Assembly: GCF_006345805.1 (NCBI RefSeq)
Contig: NC_042997.1
Coordinates: forward strand, 868,001-932,000
Source of the DNA: Octopus sinensis
Lineage: Eukaryota
Reading direction: 5' to 3'
DNA: 64,000 bases
Shown: positions 10,760-25,597 of the stretch, in pieces
Layout of the letters: the number at the start of each line of letters is the position of its first letter
Numbering within the stretch: the stretch's first letter is position 1
Position numbers and translations under genes: made by a program
The notes under the pieces: generated by a model
Told to the model about the DNA's origin: nothing
Seen by the model: only the letters and a program-made list of their open reading frames with translations
Databases searched by the model: none

Positions 10760-13300
10760 TATATACCAATGGCTATAATGAATCTATATCACTATTCAAT
10801 AAAGTAATTGACATAACCATTGTCGGTCTCTACAGCACCACTCAAGCTCCTCTACAATGCTTATAAGAGTGCCTAAAAAAGAATAAAATCCTTTCTTCAA
10901 AAGTATAACTCCAGGAACATAGTGACAGTAAGAGAGTTTAACCTCCTTTATGTGAACTGGTTTACAAATACTCTAACGCAGCAAAATTACTATTTAATTT
11001 CATGGATGAATTTCAGTTGCAATATTTCTTCCCTCTGGCAAGAAACGTGGTACTCTACAACCTTAGTTTCCGGGATGCCAAATCCAATCCAGTCACTCTC
11101 GCCCCATTACACTTGTTCGACAACATCAATCTTCACGAAACAGACTGATGAGCAATTAAAAAAAGATCTGTCACTTACCGACTGCTCCCTTCACTCACAG
11201 TTTCCCTCAAATTAAAACAGCATGACAGCGATTTGAGTACGCTGTTACTTATTGCATATTCAAAATACAATCCTACGAAATTCATAACTACTAATAGAAA
11301 TAGTCACCGAAGAGAGAGGAAAACACTCATCAGGAAAATCAACTGACTAAATAATAAAAATAATCAGTCAATTAAACTATTACCACCAACAGCATACACA
11401 TTTATCAGTAATAAAAGTTGGACAAACATCAGCTGCAGAGAAAGGATGAAAACTTCCATTGACTCTCAAAGACCTGTCGAAGACAACTGGGTTATCAAAA
11501 CAATTAAAAAAGAACCGAAAAGTTTTCTATTCCTATACCAACAGGTATAGGACCGCTGTCTTAACCTTTAGTCCACTGACACATAATAGCACCATTCCGC
11601 ACGATGATGCTAGATAAATGGCAGAAATGGTGCAGAAACAACACTGTCCTGTCATTTCTGATCTCACTGATATAAACGCAAGGGATATGAAAGAATTCAA
11701 TACTCAACATTCTATCTCGAACATAACTTTTACTGCCTCGGACAGCATAGCAATACTATACGAAATCAATTATTATTCTGCAATAGGCTCTGATAAATAC
11801 CCCACTTGTGTCCTTAAGGAATGCGGACACCAACTTCCAACCCCTCTACCCAATCTCTTGATAAATTCTTTAGACGCAGGCAGTATACCGAAAGAGTTTT
11901 TATCGCAATCTGTCATCCTTGCTTGCCAAAAAGGAAACAAGTCTTTTGCAATTAACCATAGCCCAATCTCACTCACTTTCTATATCATCAAATTGTTTGA
12001 AATTATGGTGATGTTAAGGATAAGTAGCCTCCTAGAGAGCCAAACACTACTAAATTCCGGCCTGCATGGATTCCCCTGCGGTAGGGCCAGCCTCACACAG
12101 CTTTTACATCACATCAATGATATCCTTGAAGCCTTGAGTTCAGTTTCCAAATCTGATGACATATCTTTACTTCAGCAACACGTTCGACATAGTCGATCAC
12201 AAAATCTTCCTGTGAGGATTGTCAAATTTTGGAATCCGTGGTAAACTGCAGCGCTGGGTTAAATATTTCCTTGTGAACAGACCATAACATATTACGATTG
12301 GTGGAATCCATTCAAGCCGAGCAAATGTCACTGGCGATGTCCCCAGCGGACTGTTTGGACCCGCTTCTCTTTATAAACGACATCTCGAGCGTAATCAAAG
12401 ACAGTAAAATAAGAATATTCGCAGATGGCTCCACGGTTCACAAAATCGTTAATGGAGAAGACCGAAATGAACTCTAGTCTATTCTACAAGCTGTAAGCGA
12501 ATGGGCCGAGAAACATGCGGTTAAATGAGGGACAATTTGAATCTATGAACTTGGACAAACGAAGTGCATTCAAAGAACCATATTCATTTCCTTCAGGGAA
12601 ATTTCTCACAGCATCCAGTAATATCAGGAACGCGGGTGTGATTGTTGACAACAATCTCAGATGGAGTGCCCACATCAACAATGAAGTCGATATGGTTCGC
12701 AAGATAAGCACTTTGACCATCAGAAATTTCAGGTCCAGAGAGCGAAATGTTATTCTCCTCTTTTCCTCCTTTGTACGACCAAATCAAGAATACTCCTGTC
12801 ATCTATATTTTCCCCACATCAAAGAAAATATTACGAGAATTGATTCTCCCAATATATCATTCACTAAAAAATTAAAAGGTGATTGATCTTGATTATTGGG
12901 GCCGCCTTAAAATATTGAGTCTCTATCCTCTCCAGCAATACAGAGAGCACTACACCAGTTGCAACAATGTGGAGAATATACCACAAGCATTACCCAAACA
13001 ACCTTAACTTCAGACTCAGAATTCATCAAAAGCTGGAGCCATCTGTCAAACATCTAAACAATTCATGTTCACAACATGAATTCACTGAAACACAATGACT
13101 TTTCCTCGACAGGCCCTGCTCTATTTAACATTATCCCAAAACAAATCAAAGAAAATTAAGTCATCACCTTCAAACGAAGCTAGGACAAACTTCTTTAAGA
13201 AATACCAGATAAAGCACTCATACCAGGATACATCTCATTCAGCAACCCCCTATTTTAATGGGCCATGATACCTCAAAACTTGACTCAAAAGTGACTTAAC
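10760..13300 (+). mobile_element. CR1-group LINE, 5'-truncated and decayed (endonuclease C-terminus + RT + 3' end)
   Basis: PISLTFYIIKLFE, GLHGFPCGRASLTQLLHH, FDIVDHKILL, degenerate VPQGTVLGPLLF at about 12340, RIFADG, GVIVDNNLRWSAHIN, FVRPNQEYSC, LFNIIP...FKRSLDK. Confidence 0.9.
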
Positions 13301-14712
13301 AGATCCTGTCATGTTGTGCTGTTGCGTTAGACGTAGTCTGACCCAGTCTTTGGTAGAAATGTATCTAAGTTATTAACAGGTGTCTTGTTCACAAATTATC
13401 GAAGTTGAAGCCTTTAATTTGGAATGTGAATTTAAGTGGGTAGGTGTAGATTATTATATCGTACTTTTTACTTCTCGTAGCTTCTAATAGTGTATTAAAT
13501 ATTATGAAAGTTTTGTGTAGCATCACTGTCAATTTCGTTATTGTGCTATGTCAAATGGTAGTTTACTTAGGCAAGACCTACATATTCTCTTGTATATCCA
13601 CGTCGAAACGATTGTGTTCTAATCTCTGACAATAAGACTTCCGTTTATCTATCATCTTTAATACTCTTATATGTAGCTATATTTTTGTCTGTACAGTGTA
13701 GAAATTCTTTTTCTAGTGTCAATGTAAAAGTTCGTATCGATGGAAAATGATCAGCAGAAGGAGAGTAGTGATTAATGTTTTATAATATTAATTTTGTCTT
13801 TAAACATTATGATTTCGGACTGAGGCAACAGGGAATTTCGTCCACATATAATCTGTTAAGTAATAACTAGCAATATTACGAAGTCGATATATTAGCTATA
13901 ATAAGTAACATTTCAGTAATTTACGTATTTAATTTATCTACATACCATTTAAAAAAAAAATTAATTTTGCCTCAAGCAAAATCATATTTTATAGAAATAT
14001 AGAAATTGATATTATTGCTACAGCTAATTATACCCGGAATAACATAGAAATTAAATGGGAAAATTAAACTGTGTCTCAACGCAAATGCTGCTACAGTAAT
14101 ATATACTTCCTTAACATTTTATAAGCCTCGACAACTGAGTTCAGATTCTCATATAGCATACAGTCAAAAGCAAAACAAAATGAACCAGGCTACATTCTTC
14201 TCTATTTATCTCAATTAAGAGGGGTGCTGAGGGGTGCCTTTGAGTAAAAGAAAATACAGGAGGGTAAGTTGATTATGAATCTTTTCAACATATTCTCCTC
14301 TCAGATTCACACACTTATTGCCGCGGCCCTTCAGTTTTTTTAGTCCCATTAAAAGAAATCGGAGGTTTGGGTCTCCCACCAAGCCTTTCGTGATACCTTA
14401 AAGCCAGGAACTTTTCAGCACTCTCTCGTAAACACTAAAGTGCTGACCTCGATAATACGTTTGAATGTGAAAATCTCAGTGTATTCAAATTCTAGCATCG
14501 TTGAGAAGGATAAGCAAGTGTTTAAATTTTATCTCTAATGACCCGAAACAGGTGAAATTTTGTACAAGAGGAAGCAATATATAGCAATTGTGCTTTTGAT
14601 ATTACCAATCGTTAAGGATTTTAATTGTTGCGAAAATATTCACATTCCACATACATACATACATACAAACATGTGTACAGGTGTGTGTGTGTGGGTGGGT
14701 GAGCACACACGC

Positions 14713-14757
<45 letters not shown>

Positions 14758-14788
14758 CATATATATATATATACATATACACACACAC

Positions 14789-14825
<37 letters not shown>

Positions 14826-15528
14826 CATATATTTATATATATATGTATGTATATATATATTCATATATATATGTATGTATTTATGTATGTATGAATATGA
14901 ATATATATATATATGCGTGTGTATATACACGTGCAGGTGCACCCACTCATACACACACATCTGCACAGGCACACATATTTATATGAAATCATAAACGATA
15001 TTTTGTAGAAGAAATAAAGAAAAAGTAGGTATTCTGTTATTACCTGAACACTACAGAAGATAAGGTATAATGCGCACACGCTATATAAACCACACTATAT
15101 TCTGGTTCTATTGCATACTTGACATAGGCCTGAGGACAGAGATCAAAGGTTGGCAGGAAATCGATCATATAGATATTAGATATGCGGTTCTACTTTACTC
15201 TTCCTCATTGCTTCCTAATGTTCAGCACAGCCTCGTGGGAACATTGTCTGTTACCTGGCACGTTTCTATCGTCTCAAGAATGTCTTTTTATCAGTAAGAA
15301 GCCAAATTAATTAGCGCCTTTGGGTTATTTACGACAACCTCCTTGGATCGCACGAAATTACAAAATCATTCATACCTTCGGGCAGTTCTAATTCTTCGAA
15401 AAGTGCGGTCCATGTGTGTGTGTGTGTGAGACAGAGAGAGAGTATGCTTGTGTGTGTATGGGCGTATGTGTATGGGTGTGCTTGTATGTGTGAGAGTGTG
15501 TATGTATATAATTGCATATATATATATA

Positions 15529-15610
<82 letters not shown>

Positions 15611-15897
15611 GTACATATCAGTAGACACACACGCACACACACGCACAAGCACACGCACACACACAACATACACACACACTCACACACACTCACATATACA
15701 CGTATATATATATATGTATATATATATGTATATATATATATATATATATGTATGAATATATATGTATATTGGTAGGTATAATTTTTAAAGACTTTTTGAG
15801 ATATATTGCATGAATTCATACGCATATAATTTTTATATAATATATGTGTTCATACATTCATTACAAAAGAAAAATTGGTAGTAAACATGCATGAATA

Positions 15898-15930
<33 letters not shown>

Positions 15931-16068
15931 GTTTCTCTCCGTGTGTATGTATGCGGGCGGGTAAGTGTATATATGTGTATATAAACATATATTTTTCGAT
16001 ATTTATGACTATGAGTTTATGTAATTTTCATATATATACCTACATACGTACATACATACATACATACA

Positions 16069-16104
<36 letters not shown>

Positions 16105-16328
16105 TATATTATATATATATATAATATATATATATATATACATAGAAAAGTAATGTTGTAGATATCACCAATTTAAAGAAAATGTTAGGTGCAGTCAAAT
16201 TGTCATGTGATGATTCGTAAGAAATATAAGAAGTGCGTGTCAGGAGTGGTGTAAAGGATGGCAGTTTGTTTGCGATGAAATTTATGGGCACACAGAAGAT
16301 AAGTCTGATAAGATAGAAACATACGCAG

Positions 16329-16402
<74 letters not shown>

Positions 16403-16406
<4 letters not shown>

Positions 16407-17292
16407 CAACAATTGAGGGTAAAATTAATTAATTAATCAATTTCACCAAGTGTTCAGTATGCAAAGGGACCATTTAAGGCGAATTCAAATTATTACATTA
16501 TATAAAAGGGCTTAGTAAAATAAATTACTTTGCCGCATACTGAACTCATTAGAAATAGCAGCTAAAAAAACATTTATAAAACTATTTCTAATACTTAAAG
16601 AAAACCTCTCTCATATAGTGTTTGCTCAATTCAACTCGCGGAAGTATGGGGGGTAGAGACATTAAAAAATCAGATGCAAAGGTTATTTGAGAACGTACGT
16701 TTCAAGATTAGTCAAACTCGACATTTCTATCATCAGCTCAGAACTCCCTGGTTTGGATTTGAAAACACTGAAAGTGGGAGCATACCCCTTCGGCCTCCTA
16801 TCGCTTCTGAAGATCCGCTCGTAACTAACAGTGCCAACAAACTCAAATATGCAAGCGAAGAATTTCTGCTCTCCCCTTTCCACCAGCGTGGGTTAAAATC
16901 AGTAAACACTATGCTTTTTTCGGTAAAATCCGGGGCATTTAAATAGAGAGAGATGAATTATAATTTCAACAATTGAGGGTAAAATTAATTAATTAATCAA
17001 TTTCACCAAGTGTTCAGTATGCAAAGGGACCATTTAAGGCGAATTCAAATTATTACATTATATAAAAGGGCTTAGTAAAATAAATTACTTTGCCGCATAC
17101 TGAACTCATTAGAAATAGCAGCTAAAAAAACATTTATAAAACTATTTCTAATACTTAAAGAAAACCTCTCTCATATAGTGTTTGCTCAATTCAACTATTA
17201 GAAATAGTTTTATAAATGTTTTTTTAGCTGCTATTTCTAATGAGTTCAGTATGCGGCAAAGTAATTTATTTTACTAAGCCTTTTTATATAAT
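16403..17292 (-). mobile_element. Non-coding HHR-bearing element: 234 bp direct repeats (16403-16636, 16963-17196; period 560 bp) plus a 97 bp inverted end (17196-17292), flanked by (TA)n
   Basis: Direct repeats look identical by eye; 17196-17292 is the reverse complement of 17057-17153 with 1 mismatch; HHR in the unique middle part. Confidence 0.85.
16689..16740 (-). ncRNA. Type I hammerhead ribozyme motif
   Basis: Minus strand UGAG-CUGAUGA-UAGA(AAU-GUC-GAGUUU-GAC-UAA)UCUU-GAAACG(UA)CGU-U-CUCA: core intact, 4 bp stem I, palindromic ACGUACGU stem III, GUU triplet; 10.1/11.1 pair is U-U. Confidence 0.72.
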
Positions 17293-17763
17293 ATATATAT
17301 ATATATATACATACATATATTTTTCGACGCAGATGTACATACAAGTATCGGTGTACAGTGATTAATAAGTCGATTAGCGTACGTACATAAACATAGAAAA
17401 ATATACTTGAAATATATTATTCATTTACATAGCCGCACATGAGTGTACAAGTGTAGATTTACCATAGAAGACGCACACTGGGTACTTGTCAGCAAAAGAA
17501 ACTACATGTGGATGTCTATGAATATTTGGGCATGCCCAAAATTGATCAAGGTACACAATGCTTCAAGACATTTATATCTCAGCTAACGCAAGTATGCAGG
17601 TATTCAGATATACACCAGAAGACGTAGAATGTTATAGGTGAATGTAGAAAGCATATGGCAGAAGCAGAGGGAAAAATGCATGCAGACGCACATACACACA
17701 CACACACAAGGACCAACACACATACACACGTGCACACATACCCCGCGTGTGTGTCTGTATATA

Positions 17764-18596
17764 TACGAGGTAGTATGAAAATGTTCCCGGACTAGTTCTG
17801 TAGCGCGCCAACAGGTGACAGCACATGGTTGCGTGCGCAGTGAGGGATAGCAATAATCTTCATGAGGCAGTGTGCTGAGTGACATCACTATGTCTGCTTC
17901 GCAATTTTGTAATCACGTGTATGTTGTAGTCTGTGAATTTGTCATGGGCAACATGATATTTTGCTTTAAACTTGAGAAGTCGGCAAGCTTACGGCAATGG
18001 CTCGTAAGCAATATTTCGAATAGCACACGCACTTCAAATGCGGAAGAAAGTCCCTGAAAAAGGATGAGCGATCTGGAAGACCTGCCACCAGCGTCACCCC
18101 TAGAAATGTGGAGAAAATTTATCAGCTTGTTGAAGAGGATCGTCGGAACACAATCAACAACGTTGCTGATGTTGGTCTATTGTATAGGTCTGTGCAGGCA
18201 ATCCTAGCATCTGGATTCTTTACGATGACATTGCACCCTGTGACCGAGCTCTCCTCACTCGTGAGTTTCTCGCCAAAAGCAACATGGTCTCTCTTCCATA
18301 CTCACCCTATTCGCAAGATTTAGCACTTGCACACTTTCGTCTCTCCCCAAAGATGAAAATGCATCTCAAAGGACGCTATCTTACTACTGTTGTCGAGATC
18401 AAGACTGTAACGAAGAAGGTCCTCGACTCCCTTATCGAAAACGACTTCCAGGCCAGATTCCAAACGTGACAAGAACGCTGGGACAGGTGTGTTGCTGCGT
18501 CAGGTGTGTATTTCGAAGAAGATGGCGTTAAAGCTTAGTTAAATAATTTATAAAATTAAACATTACTAGTCTTAGAACCTTTTGATAAAACGTCAT
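17764..18596 (+). mobile_element. mariner (Tc1/mariner) transposon, internally deleted, degenerate TIRs
   Basis: DERSGRP, VEEDRRNTI, PYSPYSQDLA, KMKMHLKGR, ERWDRCVAASGVYFEED; 5' TACGAGGT..AAAATGTTCCCGGACTAG versus 3' CTAGTCTTAGAACCTTTTGAT. Confidence 0.88.
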
Positions 18597-18820
18597 TTGC
18601 AAGTTCTAAACATTAATTTTAGGTCTGTAATTTTGCACTTACAGAAACTCATATTAATTAATTGTAAATTAAAGATTTTCGTAGCTGAATGGCCATTTGT
18701 GTTTTAGTTAATCTCGGAGTATACAGACGATTTGAAAAAACTATCATCAACTTACTCACATACATGCACACGCATATAGACACATACACACATGAATACA
18801 TAACGCACATAATGTGAGTA

Positions 18821-18925
<105 letters not shown>

Positions 18926-19770
18926 GATTTTATATGTATGCATGCATTTATGTATGAATGTGTGTATGTAAGTATGTGTGGATGTATGTACGTATGTATG
19001 TATCTATGTATGGATGTATGGATATATACATGTCTGTACTTCTGTATATATGTATGCATGCGTGTATGTATGTACGTATGTATATATGTATGAACGCACT
19101 TGTATGCTTCTGTCATCAACGCGAACACAACCACCACCAAGAACAGTAATATGAAGTAGATAAGGAAATCCGTTTCAAATAAAAATATAAGATGTTGTGT
19201 CCTAGTGTATGTTGAAAGTTGAATAAAAAGTCTTTGATCTTAGCTCTATGAAGATTCACTTGAAACTTAACAGCTACAAGAATACAGTTAGCAAGAACAA
19301 TATAGCCACCAGAACACCAACAATAGTCGGGGATCATCATTTCCGTCTAAGCCAATGCAACCCAGGTTATCACGACCACCAACCCACCAAATTTCGAATC
19401 CGACTGTCTACACCGGATATCAGCATTAACCCCAATACATGTGTACATGAAATTTTGTATCTGTATGTGTAGGTGGGTGTGTGTGTGTATAAGTGTTAGT
19501 CTATTAGAGCGTACGCGTATTCGTATCTTAACTCAGACGTGGAAGGACAAATTGCCTATAAAATCTATTGCACCGTCAGATTACAATAATCATATAGTAC
19601 CTCCTATCCCTCAGTTCTTCATTTTTTCATCTTATTTTCATTATTGCATTAGTTAAGAATAAAACACTTTTCCCTTCTCTCAAATCAGATCTTTTCTAGG
19701 CCAATGTTTTTTTACTACATATTTGTTGTGGGTAATTAATTGCAGCTGCCGTTGGATTTGCCTTCGCTTT

Positions 19771-20372
19771 ATGATATCTGGAAAGAAGCTATCAAATAGA
19801 CCTGAAGCTAGTAGTGCGGAAAGGAACCATAAAGGGATTACAGTGGGTATTAAACTTAATGTTTGTAAAAGACAATACGTAGAAGAAAACCTAAGTTGTA
19901 TAGTCAGAACGTCTTACAACGTCTGCAACGGAAACAATATGTAACAACAGAGAGAAAATTATGTCAATTTCTCAAGCAGCTACGCCGTTAACCGCACACG
20001 AACTTTATTTTTCCATAGATCTAATCTAATGCTTTAAATACAACTCCTTGGTAAATGAATCGATGTTCAGAATCGGCGTAATGTACCGAAAAACACGACA
20101 ATAATTTTACAAAAGAGCAAACGCACGAATTTCCACAGCATAAAAATGACTGGTAAAACTGTGAGCGCTGATACAGAGGCTGCTAATAATTATCCTGGAC
20201 AACTGAAGAAAATGATTGCTGGAGCGGACACACCAGAGAAAATATACGATGTTGAAGAGACTGTTCTTTTATGGAAGTGTATGCCTAGCAGAACGTTTAT
20301 TTCTCGAATCACCACCAGGATTTAAAGCTTCCAAAAATCGTCTGTCACTTGTTTTGGGGGGAAACGCCGCTG
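19771..20372 (+). mobile_element. Tigger/pogo transposase fragment (HTH + start of DDE), internally deleted
   Basis: RNHKGITVGIKLNV.., KMTGKTVSADTEAANNYP, IYDVEETVLLWKCMPSRTFIS, PPGFKASKNRLSLVLGGNAA. Confidence 0.85.
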
Positions 20373-20469
20373 TGTATCATTCCGAAGTGGTTATATAAAG
20401 TTTAATCTACCTCGGATGCATCGCGAATGACTAAAGGCCTTTCCAAAGGGTATCCTGCAGAAGAAAGGT

Positions 20470-21000
20470 AGCATTTCAGACAATATTTCGAACAAAGCAT
20501 TGCTTTTTCAGACATTATACCGTGTCACCCAGCCAACATAGAAAGCGAACATGACGAATGGTACTTTCTGAAACTTCAGGAACCAAAATACGTAGATCAT
20601 CAAAGGTGATTCGTCCATTTGCGCGCAGGATTTCCCAAACTTCGCGACTGTCTCCTCGGAAATTGATGTTCGCCCGCTTCTGTCTTGGTCATGAATTTCA
20701 GTACAACCAGCTGCAAACATCCTACACGACTTGCAGATGTTTTTGGCACCCATGCATGACTCTCCATACGCTTCCGATAATTGGTAATGAATTTCATTCT
20801 TTTTAATGCGATTTTGCGTAAATAAAACGAATAACTGCGCTAATTTCACACTTGGAGTTACTGTCAATCGGGAGCTCCATCAGATACGACTACCGTGTCG
20901 AGACTGAGCGTGTAAGAGAGGCATGCGCAGGGAAAGGTGCATGCAAAACAAACACAGCAGTGTTGCCAATAGCCGCGCGCATAGATTCGTGTGTGTGAGT
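20470..21000 (-). mobile_element. Second mariner, N-terminal HTH fragment
   Basis: EIHYQLSEAYGESCMG..CRMFAAGCTEIHDQDRSGRTSISEETVAK. Confidence 0.82.
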
Positions 21001-22239
21001 GTGTGTGTCTGTGTGTGTGTGTGTGTGTGTACACGGCAGGGATACAAGATTTCACAAACACAGGGAGGAATATCGATGTTGAAACAACCAGACCAATAAA
21101 GTCTTGGCCGAATGCCGGTCACGTGAAAAGAGAACAGAGAGAAGTAGAAGCAGAGGAACAGAAGAATTAAGGAGGCGCGAGAAAAAATGAGAAGGATACA
21201 GTAAAGTGAAAAGTGGAAGGAAAGCGAGCAAGAAGAGAAGGCAGAGAAGTGTGAGTGAGGGGGAACGAAAGAACGTAGAACGAATAAGCGTGAAAGAGCT
21301 GATAGACAGAAATAGAATCTTACAAGATTTATAAAAATGCATACTTACATATATGAGACCAAATTGTACGTACGCTGCTATATATACATACATACATCCA
21401 AGAGCATTAGATTCCTTGGAAGAAAGCAGCGAACGTATATGAAAACAAGGATGGAAAGAAACGGACAAAGTTACACAAATACAATAAAAATAATAACGGC
21501 ACATAACAATGTATATATACATTTATTGTTATGCTCAGTCAGAATAAAATCATTGGTTTCACGCTTATTATTTCCCTTACCAACGTAGGTAACCCATAAG
21601 ACTTGCTGGCCTTTCTAGTAAAGGAAGTTAGTATGGAGTCTTGGTTAACAATGTTGGGAAAATATGCCTGGAATATAATTTTCCGTTACCAGAATTCTTT
21701 CTGGGCGAGAGGATGTTATCTGTGTGAGATGGAGTTAACTCCGTATGAAGGGTTCCAGTTGTATCGGAAAAGGGTCAGGTCTTGAACAATTCTCTTTGAC
21801 TAGTCATCAAGCGGAGAATTTCATGTTTCTAACGCAAATTTCCTGGCGACTGGGCACTACCTAAAAACTTCTTTTTTGGAACTTAAGGTCTTCAGATCAA
21901 GGAGCTTCCACTTAATCCTCTATGGTACATTCACTCTTCCTTCAAACACCATATGTAGTTGGCAAAACACGTAATGTTGCGCCTCTCTAGGATCTTAAAC
22001 GTGCACCTCTGGTTACTTAATCTCTTAAAGAGATCCACCGTTTCCAAACTTATTTTCGTGTCTTTGTACTTACGTTGATGATGATGTTGTTGCTGTTGTT
22101 ATTGCCACCACGGTTGCCGCTGTTGATAACGAGCACCAGCTCTACCTCGTAGACTACAGCGTCTGATTTACGTCGACAATCTACTGGGAATGCACTGTTA
22201 ACCCTATATGAATATCATACCTCTGTACAAAGTTAAGGA

Positions 22240-22585
22240 CCTTTCATTAAAATCTTTCTTTACTGTAGGTGCAGAGCTGGATGAAACCCTTCAGTTGTGT
22301 CTATTAAATAATCATCCATACCTATGCGATTTCATGAAATGCTTAGTCACTAAACTAAAGAAGATCCTTCACACGCAGGTTTGGAAATTGCATGAGAAGG
22401 GCGGACCAAATCAAATGGTCTTACCGTGGGGCTTTCTTCATGGGTATCGGCGTAAAAATATGCGGTTCATAAACCAGCTAGTTGCCAACGCCACGTTGTG
22501 AATGGGGGAGTGCAGCGTTGAAAATATCTTTATTTGAAGACAGTTTCGAAATCCTCTTAGTGGCATCTTTCACTAGCTTTCATCA
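22240..22585 (-). mobile_element. PLE RT-thumb/linker fragment
   Basis: Manual minus translation KRISKLSSNKDIFNAA, KTI*FGPPFSCN, RIFFSLVTKHFMKSHRYG*LFNRHN*RVS.SSAPTVKK. Confidence 0.8.
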
Positions 22586-23120
22586 TATCAGGCGTATGAT
22601 CTTCTTTATTACGCTTTACTCAGACGTGCCTGGCAATCCAATCCATTCACTGTCTGTTTGCAAAGATAATGCACCCTACTTTTCTTATTTCGCCAAATTT
22701 CCTAGCGTCCCTTCTTCATTATCAGAAAGTGAGGGTTATTTCATCTCCATACTACATCCTTTTATACTGGGCGCCTTATATCTATATAGAGTTTCACCGT
22801 GAGAACTACACTATGAGACCGTTAGTATTCTGTGTTATCAGATTTACAATTGCGACGTGTGTATGATGTACATTAAATGTAGGTGTAAGTTCCGATATTA
22901 TTATTGCTTTCATAATAAATGCATATGTCTAAACATGCACACGTAGATTCATACACATCCATAATTATATATATATATATATATATATACAAATATATAT
23001 ATGTGTGCGTGTATATATATATATATATGTACCTGCCCATATATGCAAACAGGCTTCTCAAAAGTAAATAAAGATTCCTGCTTACTTCATCTCCTTGCAT
23101 AAAATATTAGAGATATTCTT

Positions 23121-23292
23121 TATTCTTTTCTTCTTTTACTTGTTTCAGTCATATGACTGCGGCCATGCTGGAGCACCGACTTTAGTCGAATAAATCGACC
23201 TAAGGACCTATTCGTTGTAAGCCTAGTACTTCTTCTATCGGTCACATTTTGCTGAACCTATAAGTGACGGTGACGTAAACACACCAACCAAC
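23121..23292 (-). mobile_element. SINE family A, 3' half
   Basis: Reverse complement of GGTGCTCCAGCATGGCCGCAGTCATATGACTGAAACAAGTAAAAGA tail. Confidence 0.88.
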
Positions 23293-24073
23293 GGAATTCG
23301 TATACAAGACATGAACCATCCTCACGCTTACATGGGAACCAGAACCCCGAAAACAGAAAATGGAGACCAGGTAACACAATTCCTTTTTTAGGGAGAATGC
23401 ATGCACACATGAATATATTCTATACATTCTTATACAATGTAGCTTGGTGAAAACTTGGAAATTGCGTTACCGCTATTGATTTACGAAATACAAATGTTAC
23501 CTAATTGCAGAAGGCACATTTCAAGTGCTTACGCGGGATATATTTACAACAAAACTCAACATAATGTTCAACACATGCTAAAATCTACTTGCACATCTCA
23601 CCCAAAATATTTTCTGCTTCTTATATGAAATCTAAGGTAATGATCAAAACACTGATAATGCGTTGTACACTTAACATCATTCGCCTCTTTTGTTGGGTTG
23701 TGTGAACTACAAGATTAAAGGTGATTTGATCCAGAATCTGAGGTAATATAGAAAAAATCTATGTCGACTCAGTAATTCACCTAATGATCGATTATTAAAA
23801 ACGTTAACATCGTAGTAGATCACTCACATTGTCATGTCTTCTTAAATTACCCATTTAAAGGCAACCTGGCCATTGTATATGCACAAACAATGCGTGTGCA
23901 CACAATCCCCGACAACACTACCACTCCCACAAGTATACACATACACGTATTCCTATATCTTATATCTGTACATTTTAATTCTTTCAATGAATATAATATA
24001 AAAATATTTGTCGTCAACATTGACTTAGCATATATACGCAGACACTCACACATACATACATATACGTGTATGT

Positions 24074-24112
<39 letters not shown>

Positions 24113-24703
24113 CATGAACACTTGCATACACACACATGTACACATATAATATATTGTATATATATATATATGTATATCTGAATATTCACTTCAGCAAATC
24201 GTCGAATATTTCCAATCGATGGCTCCATAGTACTATTTAATTACCAGTATTTTCTTATATGATAATAATTACTCTAGTATTATCAATTACTGAATGCCTT
24301 AATTACATGTCTAATTAATTAGTACAACAGGTACTTCGTAATTAAGAATGCCACTTATTGAACATAATTAATAAAATATATTATTTTCATGAGGCTTTTT
24401 GCAAATATGAATTACCAAATATTTTTAGTTAAATACGTGAAAATCTTGCATTCAGTAGTATCAACAAGGGAACTTTATAATTCATGACCTACATGCGTAT
24501 TTTCAACAACATGACAAAATTAAAATTTCTTCAACATATATGTATCATTGTAATACTAGCTGCAGAATCTATTGTAGATCAACCATTATAATTATCATTT
24601 AAATTACCATTTCTATATAATTATCTTTAGCACCAATTCTAGAAATTGATTAGGACAGCAAAAATACTGGCATATGTTGCTTTCGACAGTAATAATTTTT
24701 TAG

Positions 24704-24753
24704 GGGTGGCCTACAGAACCACACAGGTGTAGTCGGTGTGGCTGTTTCAGCTG
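24704..24753 (+). CDS. Candidate small exon (GGLQNHTGVVGVAVSA)
   Basis: tttttttag| acceptor and |gtaaat donor, open phase 2 to 1, in non-repetitive sequence. Confidence 0.22.
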
Positions 24754-25564
24754 GTAAATATGCCGAGGTTTTCAGTTCCAAGATAATGAAATTGAATAGA
24801 ATTTTTATTGTAACTTTCGGAGAGTTGTGACAAACTCTATGCATTCAGTTGAAGTTTTACTATAATATCTACCTAAAGTTTATGATTATTATACTGTAGT
24901 GGCTTAACCCAGGTAATTTCTAATCATTTGTGACCAAGATATATTTTCCTTTTTTTTTTAGAAACAGTGTATCTTGCGTTACAAGACATAATGTTCGTTT
25001 TTTTCTTATTAAGAACTCCGAGGACGTGAGCTGAACGATGTTGGGTTCTACTTCTACCAAAGCTTACGACCACGTAGGGTTTCATTCTTTGGATCATGAA
25101 ATGATGAGCAAGCGAATGGTGGAATCAAATATTGATTCCATTGGATTAAGCACACAGTCCCTATATTTTATAGAGTAAATGGGGCGTGTTTTCTTTCATG
25201 CCATTGGCAAAGGCACTATCGGTGTAAGGTAATGTTAATTCGTTTCGAATGATAATCGAAAACTGATCAAGGTCTCGCCTCAACGGAAACAGGTTTTTTC
25301 TATACGGCATTCACGATCACAGAAATCAAATATTGATTTGTTACGTTCTCACAAGTCCAAAGCAATGTTGGTAAAGGAATAATCGATGAAATCTATCCCC
25401 AAATGCGAATAGTACTTATTTAATCTTATGTTGCGATATGAAAACGTAATACAACCTCAGTAAGATTAGAATGCAGAACGGAAAAAATGAAAGGTATCGA
25501 TGATGCTACTTAAGAATGTGAGAACTTAAATAATTATGCATGTATTCCTGAATGTTATATATGC

Positions 25565-25597
<33 letters not shown>

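Noticed and set aside
16403-17196. CRISPR array or LTR retrotransposon
   Set aside because: Only two long repeats, no spacer periodicity, no TG..CA ends, PBS or PPT, and a eukaryotic context
21560-22030. GC-richer island possibly from a LINE
   Set aside because: No recognisable motif in any frame; left unannotated
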